DNA of 64,000 nt. Source: Phallusia mammillata. Its lineage: Eukaryota. A model generated the notes under the pieces. That model saw nothing but the letters and a program-made list of their open reading frames with translations, was not told the DNA's origin and searched no databases. The position numbers and the translations under genes are program-made. This document shows, piece after piece, positions 1-12,000 of this stretch; position 1 is the first letter of the stretch, and the number at the start of each line of letters is the position of its first letter. The DNA is taken from positions 16,678,001 to 16,742,000 of the forward strand of contig OZ281501.1 in the NCBI GenBank assembly GCA_965637545.1, read 5' to 3'.

Positions 1-2293
1 ACATTGGTATGGTCTTGATCGGTAGGAAAAACAAATTTCAAACACATTGTTTAAACATAGTCAAGTAATGTTCATAAAAAATAGATGTTTTACAGCACAA
101 AATAAATCGAAAAGTGCACGCAACGGAAAGCCTCTGGAAGTCAAATCGACAATAAAACGAAAATAGTGTTTGTATAATATGGAAATGGATATCCAAATGT
201 GGTGCTTGACGACTGCAGGGTAAAGACAATTGCCCAAACTAAAAAGTAAATGTGGAAGTCTAGAGCATAAATGAAGCACAAAAAGCAAACCCGCTAAATT
301 GGTTGATTTTTTGTTTTATAGTTGTTTGATTAAAACCATGGTAAACTAAGTTGTGGAAAATACAAAGATTTTCTAAACATGTCAAATTCATTGACTAAAC
401 ATGACCCAACAAATATGCAAGTCAAATCATTTACCTAAAATGCTTGAATGTAAAGGAAATTATTGTAAAGCATTTGTAGTACACATAAATGCAGTTGCAG
501 GCACGTTTAAGAAAACGTGTCATAAACTGATCTAGAGTCAGACTTTAGCATAGTTTAAACTTGAACAATGCTTAAACTAGTGCTGTTTTTCTGGACAATT
601 GGTGTTGTGTGGTGAGAAGATTAAGTGTGTAAGTCTTTGGGTGTTGGTATAACATGTGTTTAAAGTACTGTATATAACTTAAGCAATTCCAATTTTACAG
701 TGATATGGCAGTATGCACCACATCGTTAAACAGTAGTAGTATTTTATAACTTACTGCCCCTCAAAACAAGGTAATATGACTTTATGCAGCAGGTATGAAG
801 AATGAGATATATTACATGTAGTATTGCTATTTCTGATTTAGATTTATCAGGGACAACAGGATAGCAATATACCACTGACATTTACATGGTATGTACCATT
901 CATATGTGTGAATAGGGAGAGCTTTGTAGATTAGTAGATACACATTCTTCATGCTTTGCATTTGGGCCTATTGTCAATGTTGTTTTCCAACAATACAAGA
1001 GACAATTACAAATCACCCAAAACTGAAATGACAAATATCTTACCTCACACGTGACACGTCTTCGGTTTGTTGAAGTGATCCATTCTCAAAACATTAACTA
1101 AAAGCCAGTAACTCACTGTTTTATTTCGGTTTAACATTTTCCACAACCACTGTAAATTTGATAAGGCCATAAGAACTAGACCGGAACCTTTAAGCTCACC
1201 TAAGCATGACGCCGTACAAAGGAGGTAGACTAAACAGCACGTTGCATCTACAGCTGAAACATGACATCAGACTGATGTTTCTGCATGGTTTTGCAATCAA
1301 ATTTGGCGCCATAATGGCTTGTTGTTGTTTTTTCAGGAAAATCCGCGACAGTGCAGTAGTTTATTTATTTAATGAGGAGAATATTAAAGCTGATCTATTG
1401 CGGTTTTTATCTGGTTTAAAACCCTAAGTGAATTTCGAAAATTTACGTTTAGATTTTCATGTAACAAATTCTTTGCTTGTTAGGTTTTTACAAAAAGTTT
1501 TAACGTAGGTTGATCGCAACCATTTATGTAACATTTTTATGTTTCCCTTGTCTTTAGCCAATAAACTTTCCAGCCCAAAACAGGCTGATAAAACTATAGA
1601 CTCTACAAGCAACAACCTTGTTATCGACAAAATGAAAATGACAAAGCTTTTTATATGTGCAAGCACAGGGTGATAAATGCATTGTTGTGTGAAAACCAGC
1701 GACAAGCAACAAACCGCAAAAGCGCAAAGCGTTAGAATTCGGATGAATTGGATGAAATGAAGTCGACTGCGTATTGCACATTTACTCCCGGTTTATCAAT
1801 TTGGCATAGAAATGATAATGAGTCTGTACAAAAATCTGTTAGCATGCGATGACACCAAATTAGTGCAAAAGTCAGAGGCGGACAAGACAACAATTTTAAT
1901 GCGCAGTCATAGTGGGACAAAACGACAATTTTACAGCGCAGTCAGAGGCGGACAAGACGACAAAAGACAGACAACTTATTTGTGGTTTGTGGGTCTGGGT
2001 TGGTAACAAACAATATTAAAGTAATACGATCAACCTTTTGGCGAAGTAACGTTTCGTTCTTGTGGTTTACAAGATGTAAACAGTTCGTTCTTCAAAATCT
2101 TATAATCATGTCTTAAAAACATTCTGCTTAATACGATAAAGCTTTCAACAAGACACAAAAATCAGATTATTGACATTGATTAAAACAACGATGTAGTCTT
2201 TGAACGAATAAAACAAGCGCATCACTAATGGACGGAGTAGCTGAAGCAACTGTCCGAAAAGTTTTCCAACCTACACCATAAAGTTAGCTGTAG

Positions 2294-2299
2294 TTTATT
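2294..2299 (-). promoter_or_regulatory. Putative polyadenylation signal of gene A
   Basis: AATAAA on the minus strand ~130 nt after the stop; conserved in gene B at 41688-41693. Confidence 0.55.
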
Positions 2300-2430
2300 C
2301 ATTTTCTTTTTAAATTTGACAGTTGCTTCTGCGATCGCCGTGCGATTATTCGCCATCTGACTTAAAATAAATTGGCCTGAAGCATATGTATAGCGGTAAT
2401 AGCGAATAAAAGCACGGCGGACCACGGCTG

Positions 2431-3078
2431 TCATGGGACCGCTATATTCGCTGAAATATCTGGAGTTTGATTCGACTCGGGAAATTGATTGGATCTTGCG
2501 GCTGTAGCATCACATTCAACTTCGGCACAGCCACAATCGATCACTTCAGCGTAGTTGTGAGTTCGTGGAACGTCGTCCACACATACCATGGGATATTCCC
2601 TTGCTATTGTAGTGGTCTCCTTGCAACATTTGCAATTGCCTTAATAAAAATATCGGTGTTAGATGCAGCAGCCAATTTAAAATTGTGCGCAAACGAGCGG
2701 ACATAAAAAGTGGCAAAATGTAACATTAGTTTAAGGTGACGTTTGTACCTAAAGGCGTTTCTGTCTTGTTGTATAATTCGCTTAAACATAATATGGAAGG
2801 AAGTAAATCGGTAACACACCACAAAGTCTGCGTTTAATATTTTTGCTTTTTTATCCGATGATGTGTACTTTACACTTTCTGATTTCAAATCAAGGTAGTT
2901 TTTCTCGAACATTTCTTACCTTCCACGTCGCCGGTAAGCACGTTGTGACCTCGTATTGTAGTACAAGGGCCCTCGCAAACCGTCACCTCAACTTCATTCG
3001 GTGTCCAACAGAACTGACCTTCCAGGGTTGCGCTCAAAACAAAGGTCTTCACTCTTTTACTGCATTTATCATGGGTGC
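2431..3078 (-). CDS. Gene A C-terminal cystine knot (CTCK) and stop
   Basis: KCSKRVKTF...[19 protein letters not shown]...GNCKCCKE...PMVCVDD...[12 protein letters not shown]...TGA. Shows the CxGxC, CxCC and CxC pattern of vWF/mucin CTCK. Confidence 0.92.
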
Positions 3079-6000
3079 CTAAAATATAGAAAAATCTATT
3101 GTTAGTATTCAGTGGTTGTCAGTGTTCAGCGGTTGTTAGTGTTCAGTGGTAGAAATGCCAACAATACTGTCATATAAAAATGCTTACGATTTACCTAAAT
3201 TGCTAGTTATAAAATGCATTGGAAAGTAATGCTATTACTATACAAAATTACAACCTGTCAAAAGTTTAAGTCATTTCAAATTTATCTTATTATATGCGGC
3301 AATGATAACGAGCAATTAGGTATTTATGATGTTTTGACCCTCGGTGTAGTACAACGTTCAATTGCGCTAGTAATACACACGTATACATATATAATAGTAG
3401 AACAAACAGCTTTTCAAGCAAGATTTTCACAAAACGATTGTCTGCTTGATACAAGCATTACATCTAACAATTAGTCTAATAAGAAAATACTTACAATTAG
3501 GACAGCAGTCCACGATCTTAACCTCCCCTCCGTCCTGAAAAAAATAAGTAAATGGGAGAACTATTCACATTGTTACCTTTCAACTCCATGTACTATGTAA
3601 TTTGTTTTCATCCTTTTTGGAGCAGTTAGATGGGTCTCTTGATTATGAGATTAATTTTTAGGTAGGCTTTTAGGTTACAAGGCTGAACTTACCAGCTCGC
3701 AAAGGGTTTTATTGACGGGTTTGCAGTCATCGTACTTGTCTTTTTTAATAACTGCAGGGCAATTGGTCGCCTCATCAATGACACACTCTGCAACCTTACA
3801 ACTATCATTTTGCAATGCGAATGTCGTATTGGGCTGCAAAAAAAACATTGGATATGTACACAACTTTGCGTAGTAAACCTTTTTTACCAAATGTTACTTA
3901 CGGGAAAGACGCCGTTTTCATGAACGCACTTTTCACAGGAGCATTCGTATTTAGGACAGCAAATACCTTTCAGTGGGTTTCTCTCTACAACCTTAAAAAC
4001 AAAGACAACCAACATTACAATTTTGACATGAAATAAATGTATTGCTTATTAGTCTTAAAAAATTGTATGGATAGCTTGTGACTATGCTAACCTAGGACTG
4101 GTCTAGCGTTAGATTTAGATCCGTTTTAGTAATCCAAAGCTTACCGTTACTCGGCGGGATCCTGTAGGACAAGCAAAAGTAGTATCCCACTGTTCGCACA
4201 ACGTTTCAAGTTCCGTATCGTCTCGGCAAACACATTCTTTTTTGGGACAGCAGTCATGGGTGCCTGACAGAACACCAGCAGTTATTTCTTCCGTCAACGC
4301 GCTGCAGGTCAATGTGTAATTGGGACAGATAGTTTCAAGAACATCCACACTATTGCATTCGCAAACAAAATCATCGCAACAGCGATCTACATCAACGGAA
4401 CTCGCGACAGCAAGTTCGTACTGCAGACAGTTTTTGTTTTCATACTCGGATTGGGACAGACAACTATCTCTCGGATCTCTTGTCCTGACGGCTAAGTGGC
4501 AGGACTCCAGGTCGGATTCGTTCAGTCGCTGTGAGCTGCATTCCCAAGTTACGTTGCATCCGTTGAGTACAGTCTCAGTCCAAGTATCGTGGAGGTTTTT
4601 AACCTCACCGTTTTCTAACTCACAAACGTCACATCTGCAAACGTATTTGTTGCAGCACCCGTTTGTGGCCGGATCCTTTTCAGCCAGTTCGACTGGGAAA
4701 TGATTTTCAGGGCATTCTGGAACAGGGGTAACAGCTGTTGCATTGCAGACTATTTTGTATGTGGGGCAGCACTCTTGTCGAGGGTTTTCTGCCACTGTAG
4801 ACGGAGTGTACATCTCACATGCATTGGGTTTATCATCTGGATATTCTATGTAATCGTCTCCACAAGGGCTGCAAGTGCAGTTGTATTCTACACAACACGG
4901 TTGCGGAATACCACTAAATAACTCCACGGCATGTTTGTAGTCTTCGCATGCTTGACTTTCATATTGTTCTTTTGTTGTACATGTTTGTCGGTTTATTTCT
5001 TGAAGTTGTAAGCATACTGAGCATGCATCGTCTGAAGCCTTCAATCTGTTGTTGGAGCACAAATGCGTTCTTGTACATCCGTATTCGTCAGGAATATCGA
5101 TGTTTGAACCCCGGATTATGCGAGTGCCGTTTTGTAATGCACAACTGTCGCAACAGCACGTTTGTAAGGGGCACGTATCATTAGGCTTGCGTATGTCTAT
5201 AATTTTGTAGCCATCATCACAATTGTCCACAGTTCCTCCTCTGCATTCGCATTTGTACTCAGGGCAACATTCGTATTCACCACTGCTTTCACCCGCGTTC
5301 ACTACTATGGTGCTTCTTAAACCTGTGCAGTTCTCTGCTACCTGTTTATAGCCTGGACATTCAGCTGCAAGCACTGCCGTTTCATCACTGCAAATACACT
5401 GATAGCAGGTGTTTTCCCCGTTTGTAAAAGGGGCCGAAATATTACCAGGCTCGTTGCACTCTAGTGGTGTAGATGAATATTCCGGCTCTTTGCATACTGT
5501 AAAAAAACGAAATACCATTAAAATAGCATGTGCCTTGTACAAAGCGGTATGGTATTTGTCTGAGAATAAAATTTACAAACAAAACCACGCAGCAAACTTT
5601 TACTAAGATTCATGTTATTTTTTAATTTCTACACTGCAAATACTACGTCACATTCGACTCTAATTATCTGAATGCCTGACCAATACAACGAACATATACA
5701 TCAATGCCATCGGCTTTTTCGTTTTTTAAGTTAACGCTTGTTTTACTTAATTATTTACCTTTAATCAGTTTTTTGTATAAGACTTACCACATCTGAAAGA
5801 GTCACAGCAGTCGGAAGGATTTGTTTTGTAACTTTCAACCACTTCAAATGATGGGCAGTTTTGTGTCTGGTAGGTTGATGAAGACGGGCACGGCGGTGGT
5901 TCTGAATAAAAATCCCCACATTAACAAAAGAGGATTACAATTTGTGTTTGTGTCATGTAGGTTAAACTCACCGCAGTAATCTTCTACGCAGCAAGGGTTC

Positions 6001-9000
6001 GGGTCGATTTGAGTCAAGTTGTATGTCACTTCCATTCGAGTATCACAGGAGCCGCAGTCTTTCGGCGGAGGACAGATCGCATCGAGTTGTGTTCCGTTGA
6101 AACATCTTACGCTGTCGTCCCGTTTCTTTTCATTACTAAGCACGCATGTATAGTTCTGATTACAACCACTGTTGTCTAACTCTGACCATATGTCGCTTTC
6201 AAGATGTAAACCATCGTTGCCATCCTGACAAGAGTTACAAACACAACCTGAAGTAATAGGGTCATGACAACCGCAACTGTCCTTCATATTGTTGTATATA
6301 TAACCGGTAGGACACGTTGATTCGACTATTGTGTCATTGCATTTGCTTTCGCAATTGTATACAGGACAACACGGTCCGTAGGAAGATATCTCTTTTGATG
6401 CCACTGGAACGTTGCAGAACCCACAGTTCAGTAAAGCGTTACTGTAACTGGGGCACGCAAGTTTTAGAAGCTCGGTGTTATCTGTGCAGTTGCATTCCAG
6501 ACAGGGACATTCTTCAGTGGTGTTGCAACCTTGGACGACTTTTTCGCCAGGATAAGAGCAAAAGACCGTGTCAGGTTCGTCGCATGCTGCATGGAAAAAA
6601 ATATTTGCCAGTTCCTGTTTTAACGTTTAAATCATTAACAAACAGCAATTTGATAATGGTGGAATAAGTCAAAGATGCCTACTGTATGATGATTAAAATA
6701 GAATAGTAAAACATACCGGCGAATAAATCGCATGACTATTAAATGTTTACAGACCAGCTGTGAGGAACAGTTACTTTGCTAAATGCATGTAATGCAGTAA
6801 TGTCTGAAACGACATAGGATATTCATTTACTACTTAGGTTTTGGAAATTTACAAATAAATTGCAAAGCGCTTACTGCATATGTATTCTTGACAGCATACG
6901 CCCGATCTATCAACCGGCATTGCGTACGACCCGGTCCGGTTACAATATTTATCCTCATACTGTTGCTGGGTCAAACACGTTGTTGCCTCTTCATACTCTG
7001 TCCTCAACTCATGACATGAATACTCGTCACCGATTCGTGTGTGTAAGCAACGAACACGAATGTCACAGTGATCGATTTGGTTCTTCAAAGTAACGTTTTC
7101 ACCCGGATTAAACCTTCGAACTTCACCGTTAAAAGTACCCTGACAGGTATAACAAATACACTTCCAGTCCTTGCAACAATCAGTAGGTTCGCTCATGTCA
7201 ACAGCTTCATAATGGGGAGGACATTCTGGCCTTGTTTGGGTGTAGCAACGGTCACAATCACATGACCATGTAGGGCAACATGGATTTGGGCCAGTTCCAG
7301 GGGCGTCATGAATTTTGACCACAGAGCGGTCATCTCTTGAAGAGCAGTTTGCCTCAGCTTCAGAGTAACTCTCACATTCAGTTTCAAGAACGGAAATTTC
7401 TGTGTCGCATTCGCAAACAGGTTTTTTAAAGCATCGGGAATCAGGATTATCGACTGAGTCGCTGTACTGGCCAGGATTGTTACATTCCTTGGGTTGAGGA
7501 GCGAAGGATGCATTGCAATCTAAACACACATAAAATTATAATATTTAAAACAGCCATGCATTTGAGAATCGGTAAAAACACTTCTGCAAGGATAAAACTT
7601 AAATTGTTGTGAGAAGAAAGTTTTGATGGAAACAACTAGCCAACATCACATTAAAAATATTTCAAATTCGTAAAGAATAATATTGTTACATAACATCATA
7701 AATGTGGCTTGCATGATATTTTCTGGGTGAGTTTTATCATGCAAACACCCCGAAAATCCATTTCAGCACAAATTGAACAGCGTGTGTCATCTAATACTTA
7801 CTGCAGGTGTAGTTAACACAGCATGTATTTCCTGAAGGAGATTCTATCAGATATTCATCAGCAAAGCAATCATCAAACTCTTCTTTAGTAGGGCAATCAT
7901 CTCGTGTATTGTGTGTGGTTCGTACAACACCACATGAGTTGGTATGTCGCTCAGGACCGCACACGTAATGCACAACACACCCATCTTCCACCTCTTGCCA
8001 CAATGAACCAAACTAAAAAGTCGAAATAATACGGTTATTTTGCTTTAACGTCCGATTAACAACATTTAATCTTAAGCCAAAATTACAAAAGTCTCTGTTT
8101 TGGTTTGGTTAACCGTACCAAAGCTCAATTAAGTCTGGTTAATAAATGTAACCAGTTCTGTACATTTGCTGAAGATACTGTTTTTCACTGTCTACTCATT
8201 TTGTTTGATTTTTACTTTTGTTGATTTTAAACGACTGTTTTTGAAATTTCTTTCGGAGGTTTTCTTATATAACATAGTTGCCCACGAATGATTTACAGCC
8301 ACCGACCTTCTAAATCAAGGGGATAGTTTGTGTTTTACCTTGAACAGGTTTATCTAAAAGTGACTGTTTTCTACAGATTTTAATTTAATACGTTTGTTTT
8401 TTATACTTATTCTTCCACTTACCGGTTTAACGGTTCCGTCAGGTAGGAAACAGTCGTAACACACCGAAGTGTTACAGCAATTCTCTTCAACCAAAACGTA
8501 GCCTTCTTTTTCTTCAACAGGCGGGCAGGGAATTATTGAAGGTTCGTAACATCCGTCTTCAAGTGGTAAGGGTTTATTTATAATATCGCACTCATAATTT
8601 GTGCAACCATTGCCATCACTATTCGTCTCATTCCATTTGCCGATAAAAGGCCAATGGCGATTTCCAGTGTTATCCTTACAGGAGTAACATGTGCAGAATT
8701 GGTAAGTACAACCACATTCATCATCGTCATAAGCGGGAACAAATCCGTGCGGGCAATCGAATGTTTCAATTTCTGGGCAGAATTCTTTTGGTATGCAAAT
8801 GCAGTCATAATTTGGACAGCATTGGCCTTCCACATGTTCGATAGTGATTTCCTTCATGGAATTGTTCTGGCACTTTTCCCATGCTGTTTGATATCCAGGA
8901 CAAACGTTTTTGTATTCTTCAGAATCGTTTAAGCAAACGCAGTCATAAATTGGACAACACTGGCCTTCTACATGTCTAATAGTGAATTCCTTGATGGAAG

Positions 9001-12000
9001 TGTTCTTGCACTTGTCCCATTTCTCTTGATATCCAGGACAAACGTTTTTGTATTCTTCAGTATCATTTAAGCAAACGCATTTGGAATGAGCGCACACAGA
9101 ACCTTCAGGAGGAACAACGATAGACTTCCAACTACGAGAACATTCGATCGGAGGTGGTACATAGTCGGAATTGCAAACTGCAAAATGTTTTTAAAATGTT
9201 ATGAAAACTTTACAAAACGAGCCCGGATTACGAGAAAACACTCACTCACATACATATATATATAAGTGATAAATGCGGAAAATATTACATCGACTTTTTG
9301 TCGTGTTTACACGTATGTGTTTGATAGTTTTAACATTTTGTACTAAAGTTAGGCAGAAATAAATACACAAATTCGTCCTTGCAACTTAGGAATAACATTA
9401 ATATAAAATGCGACAAAAAGACCCACCACACGTGTAGTTTGAGCAACACGGGTCGGTTGAATCAACTTCAATTAATGTTTGATCTTCTTTGCATTTGTAT
9501 TCTGTACAATTGCTTCTTGGATTGTAAAATTCCTCAAGTATGTAACAGAAGTCTGGGCTTGTGTATTTTTTATCTGAACAAACGTGCTTCACCATACATC
9601 CACCTTCGTCGGGAATCGAAATAATACCGCCACGCTGAACAATAAAAACACCACCGATTATCACTGGTGAAAACGGTAACTTTTTTGTTTTACCGCCTTG
9701 AAGGCGATTTTTTAACAAGACCTAATGGAAGGCATTTTAATGTGGGTGACGCAAAAACAAATGTAATTTGTGTTTTCAAAAAGTACTATTCAATCACATA
9801 TCAAATAGTTTAAGGGGTATGTCTTCCTTGGCTCTCAAAACCTACCAAACTAATCTTTATTGCTGGTTATACTGGTTATCGATGTATCTACTATTTAAAA
9901 GTAAACGCTGGGTTGCGTTGGTTTCAAAAACCTTTTTGAGCTTTAATTAAGTGTTTAATCAAAAGGCACTTCATTATTACTTATGGCAAAAACAAGCGTT
10001 TCTGGCAGGGCATATCGTACCTCAATCTTCTCTTCCTCCCAGAAGCATGCGTCACATGTCACATTAGCACAACACATATTGTTGTCCCAAACCAGTTTGT
10101 AGCCATCAGGAACGCTGGTTACGTTGTAGTCCGGATCACAAGGTGTTGTCACACACTGGTATACATTACAGCAGCCGTGGCACTGGTCGTGAATCGATTT
10201 CGAGCCGTTTGCGACGGTGGTGTAATGCTGACACTTGCCACACTTCGGCGGTTCAGGACAGAGGTTAGGATTACATTTGCACTCGCTCTGTATTGGGCAT
10301 GCACAAAAGTCCTGCTGGGTTACTGTAAAAACGAAAGCAATGGTTATAAATTATAAATAATGTTTACTGTACTATTATTGGTCATAGGTGATGGGTGAAA
10401 AATGCAACAACAGAACTGGGTTTACACAAGCAAACAGACCCTTTGCATCATTTTTAATTTTATAACCGCAACTTGAACATAACTAACCACACACCTTCAA
10501 CATGGCATCCAAGGTACTCCGTGCAGTTTGCATAGCTGTGGTCTGTATGGTTGCAGCCGTCAGGACAGATACAATCCGGGCACTCTACTCCTTCCATGTA
10601 CACAAGAAATTCTTCGGGACAATATTTGATGTCGGTGTAGATGCAAGTGCAGTTTTCTTCGGGACAGCATGTTTCGTTTGGTCTCGTGTAGTTGTTTTTG
10701 GTTCCAAGTCCCCCACAAATCAGTGGAGTACAGGAATCACACTCTAAAGCATAAAAAAACAAGGACAAATCCTGGTAAAATATGCTTAAACAAAAATAGT
10801 TGTATTAAAAACAATAAAACGGCAACATAATATACTTACAAAAAACAAAACGTTTCAAGTAAAACAGTGGGTTAAGTGATATGCAAACGTGCAATTAGTG
10901 TAAAATTCAACTAAATGCAAAATAGGGTAAAAGTAACCTTGTCATATGTTTTTAATCTTATTACATGTAAAAACACTTACCGCATGTGTAATCTTGACAA
11001 CATTTGCCGGTGCTATCCTTTTCTACTGCGTAAGATCCCTCCAGGTAACAGTGCTGTTTCTCAAACTCCTGCTTAGTCAGACACGTCGCTTCCTCTCGAT
11101 ATTCTGTTTCTATCTCGAAGCACGAATACCCGTCGTTTCTGAGTCGTGTGTGCAAGCAACGAACTCGTACGTCGCAGTTATTGCTTCGGCTCGTCAAAGT
11201 AACGTTTTCACCCGGATTAAGCCTATGAACTTCACCGTTAAAAGTCGTCTGACATGTATAGCAAACACACTTCCAGTCCTTGCAGCAATCAGAAGGTTTG
11301 CTCATATCAACAGCTTCATAATGGGGAGGACATTCTGGTCTTTCTTGGTTGGAGCAAGTGTCACACTCACATGACCATGTAGGGCAACATGGGTTTGGGC
11401 CAGATCCAGGGGCGTCATGAATTTTGGACACAGAGCGGTCATCTCTTGAAGAGCAGTTTGCCTCAGCTTCAGAGTAACTCTCACATTCAGTTTGAAGTAC
11501 TAAAATTTCTGTGTCGCATACGCAAACAGGTTCTTCGTAACATTTGTAGTTAGGAATCTTAACTGTATCGTTGTACTGGCCTGGAGCGTTGCATTCGATG
11601 GGTTGAGGGGCAAGGGATGCGTTGCAACCTTAAAAGTACAAAAAAATGCGTATGACCATATTGTGTCACGCTGACAAGTATAATTTAAAGAGTTTCTCCA
11701 AAATCTGATTACTAAAAATGTGAGTGTTGATATGTATAAAAACTACTGTAAAAAATAATTTTTGAAAATGCTGGAGAATGTGCACCAAAAAACTTTAGCT
11801 GGTATTCGAAAGTAATAAGTTAGTTTTCCAGTCACTTACTGCAAGTGTAGTTAACACAACATGTATTCCCTGAAGGAGATTCTTCAAGATATTCATCAGC
11901 ATAGCAGTCATCAAACTCTTCTTTAGTAGGGCAATCGTCTCGTGTATTGTGTGTGGTTCGTACAACACCACATGAGTTGGTATGTCGCTCAGGGCCACAC

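Noticed and set aside
2604-2912. Minus-strand ORF conserved in both copies (2604-2912, 41939-42310)
   Set aside because: Lies mostly in the CTCK intron, in the wrong frame. Conservation is explained by the near-identical duplicated block.
3575-3645. Possible extra exon between 3693 and 3534
   Set aside because: No phase-compatible open frame. The direct join gives a sensible [17 protein letters not shown].
4320-5184. Plus-strand ORFs overlapping the large Cys-rich exons (also 8654-8932, 10946-11374, 12307-12871, 43644-44328, 46270-46695, 53471-53909)
   Set aside because: Antisense or alternate-frame shadows of the minus-strand coding exons; no recognisable motifs.
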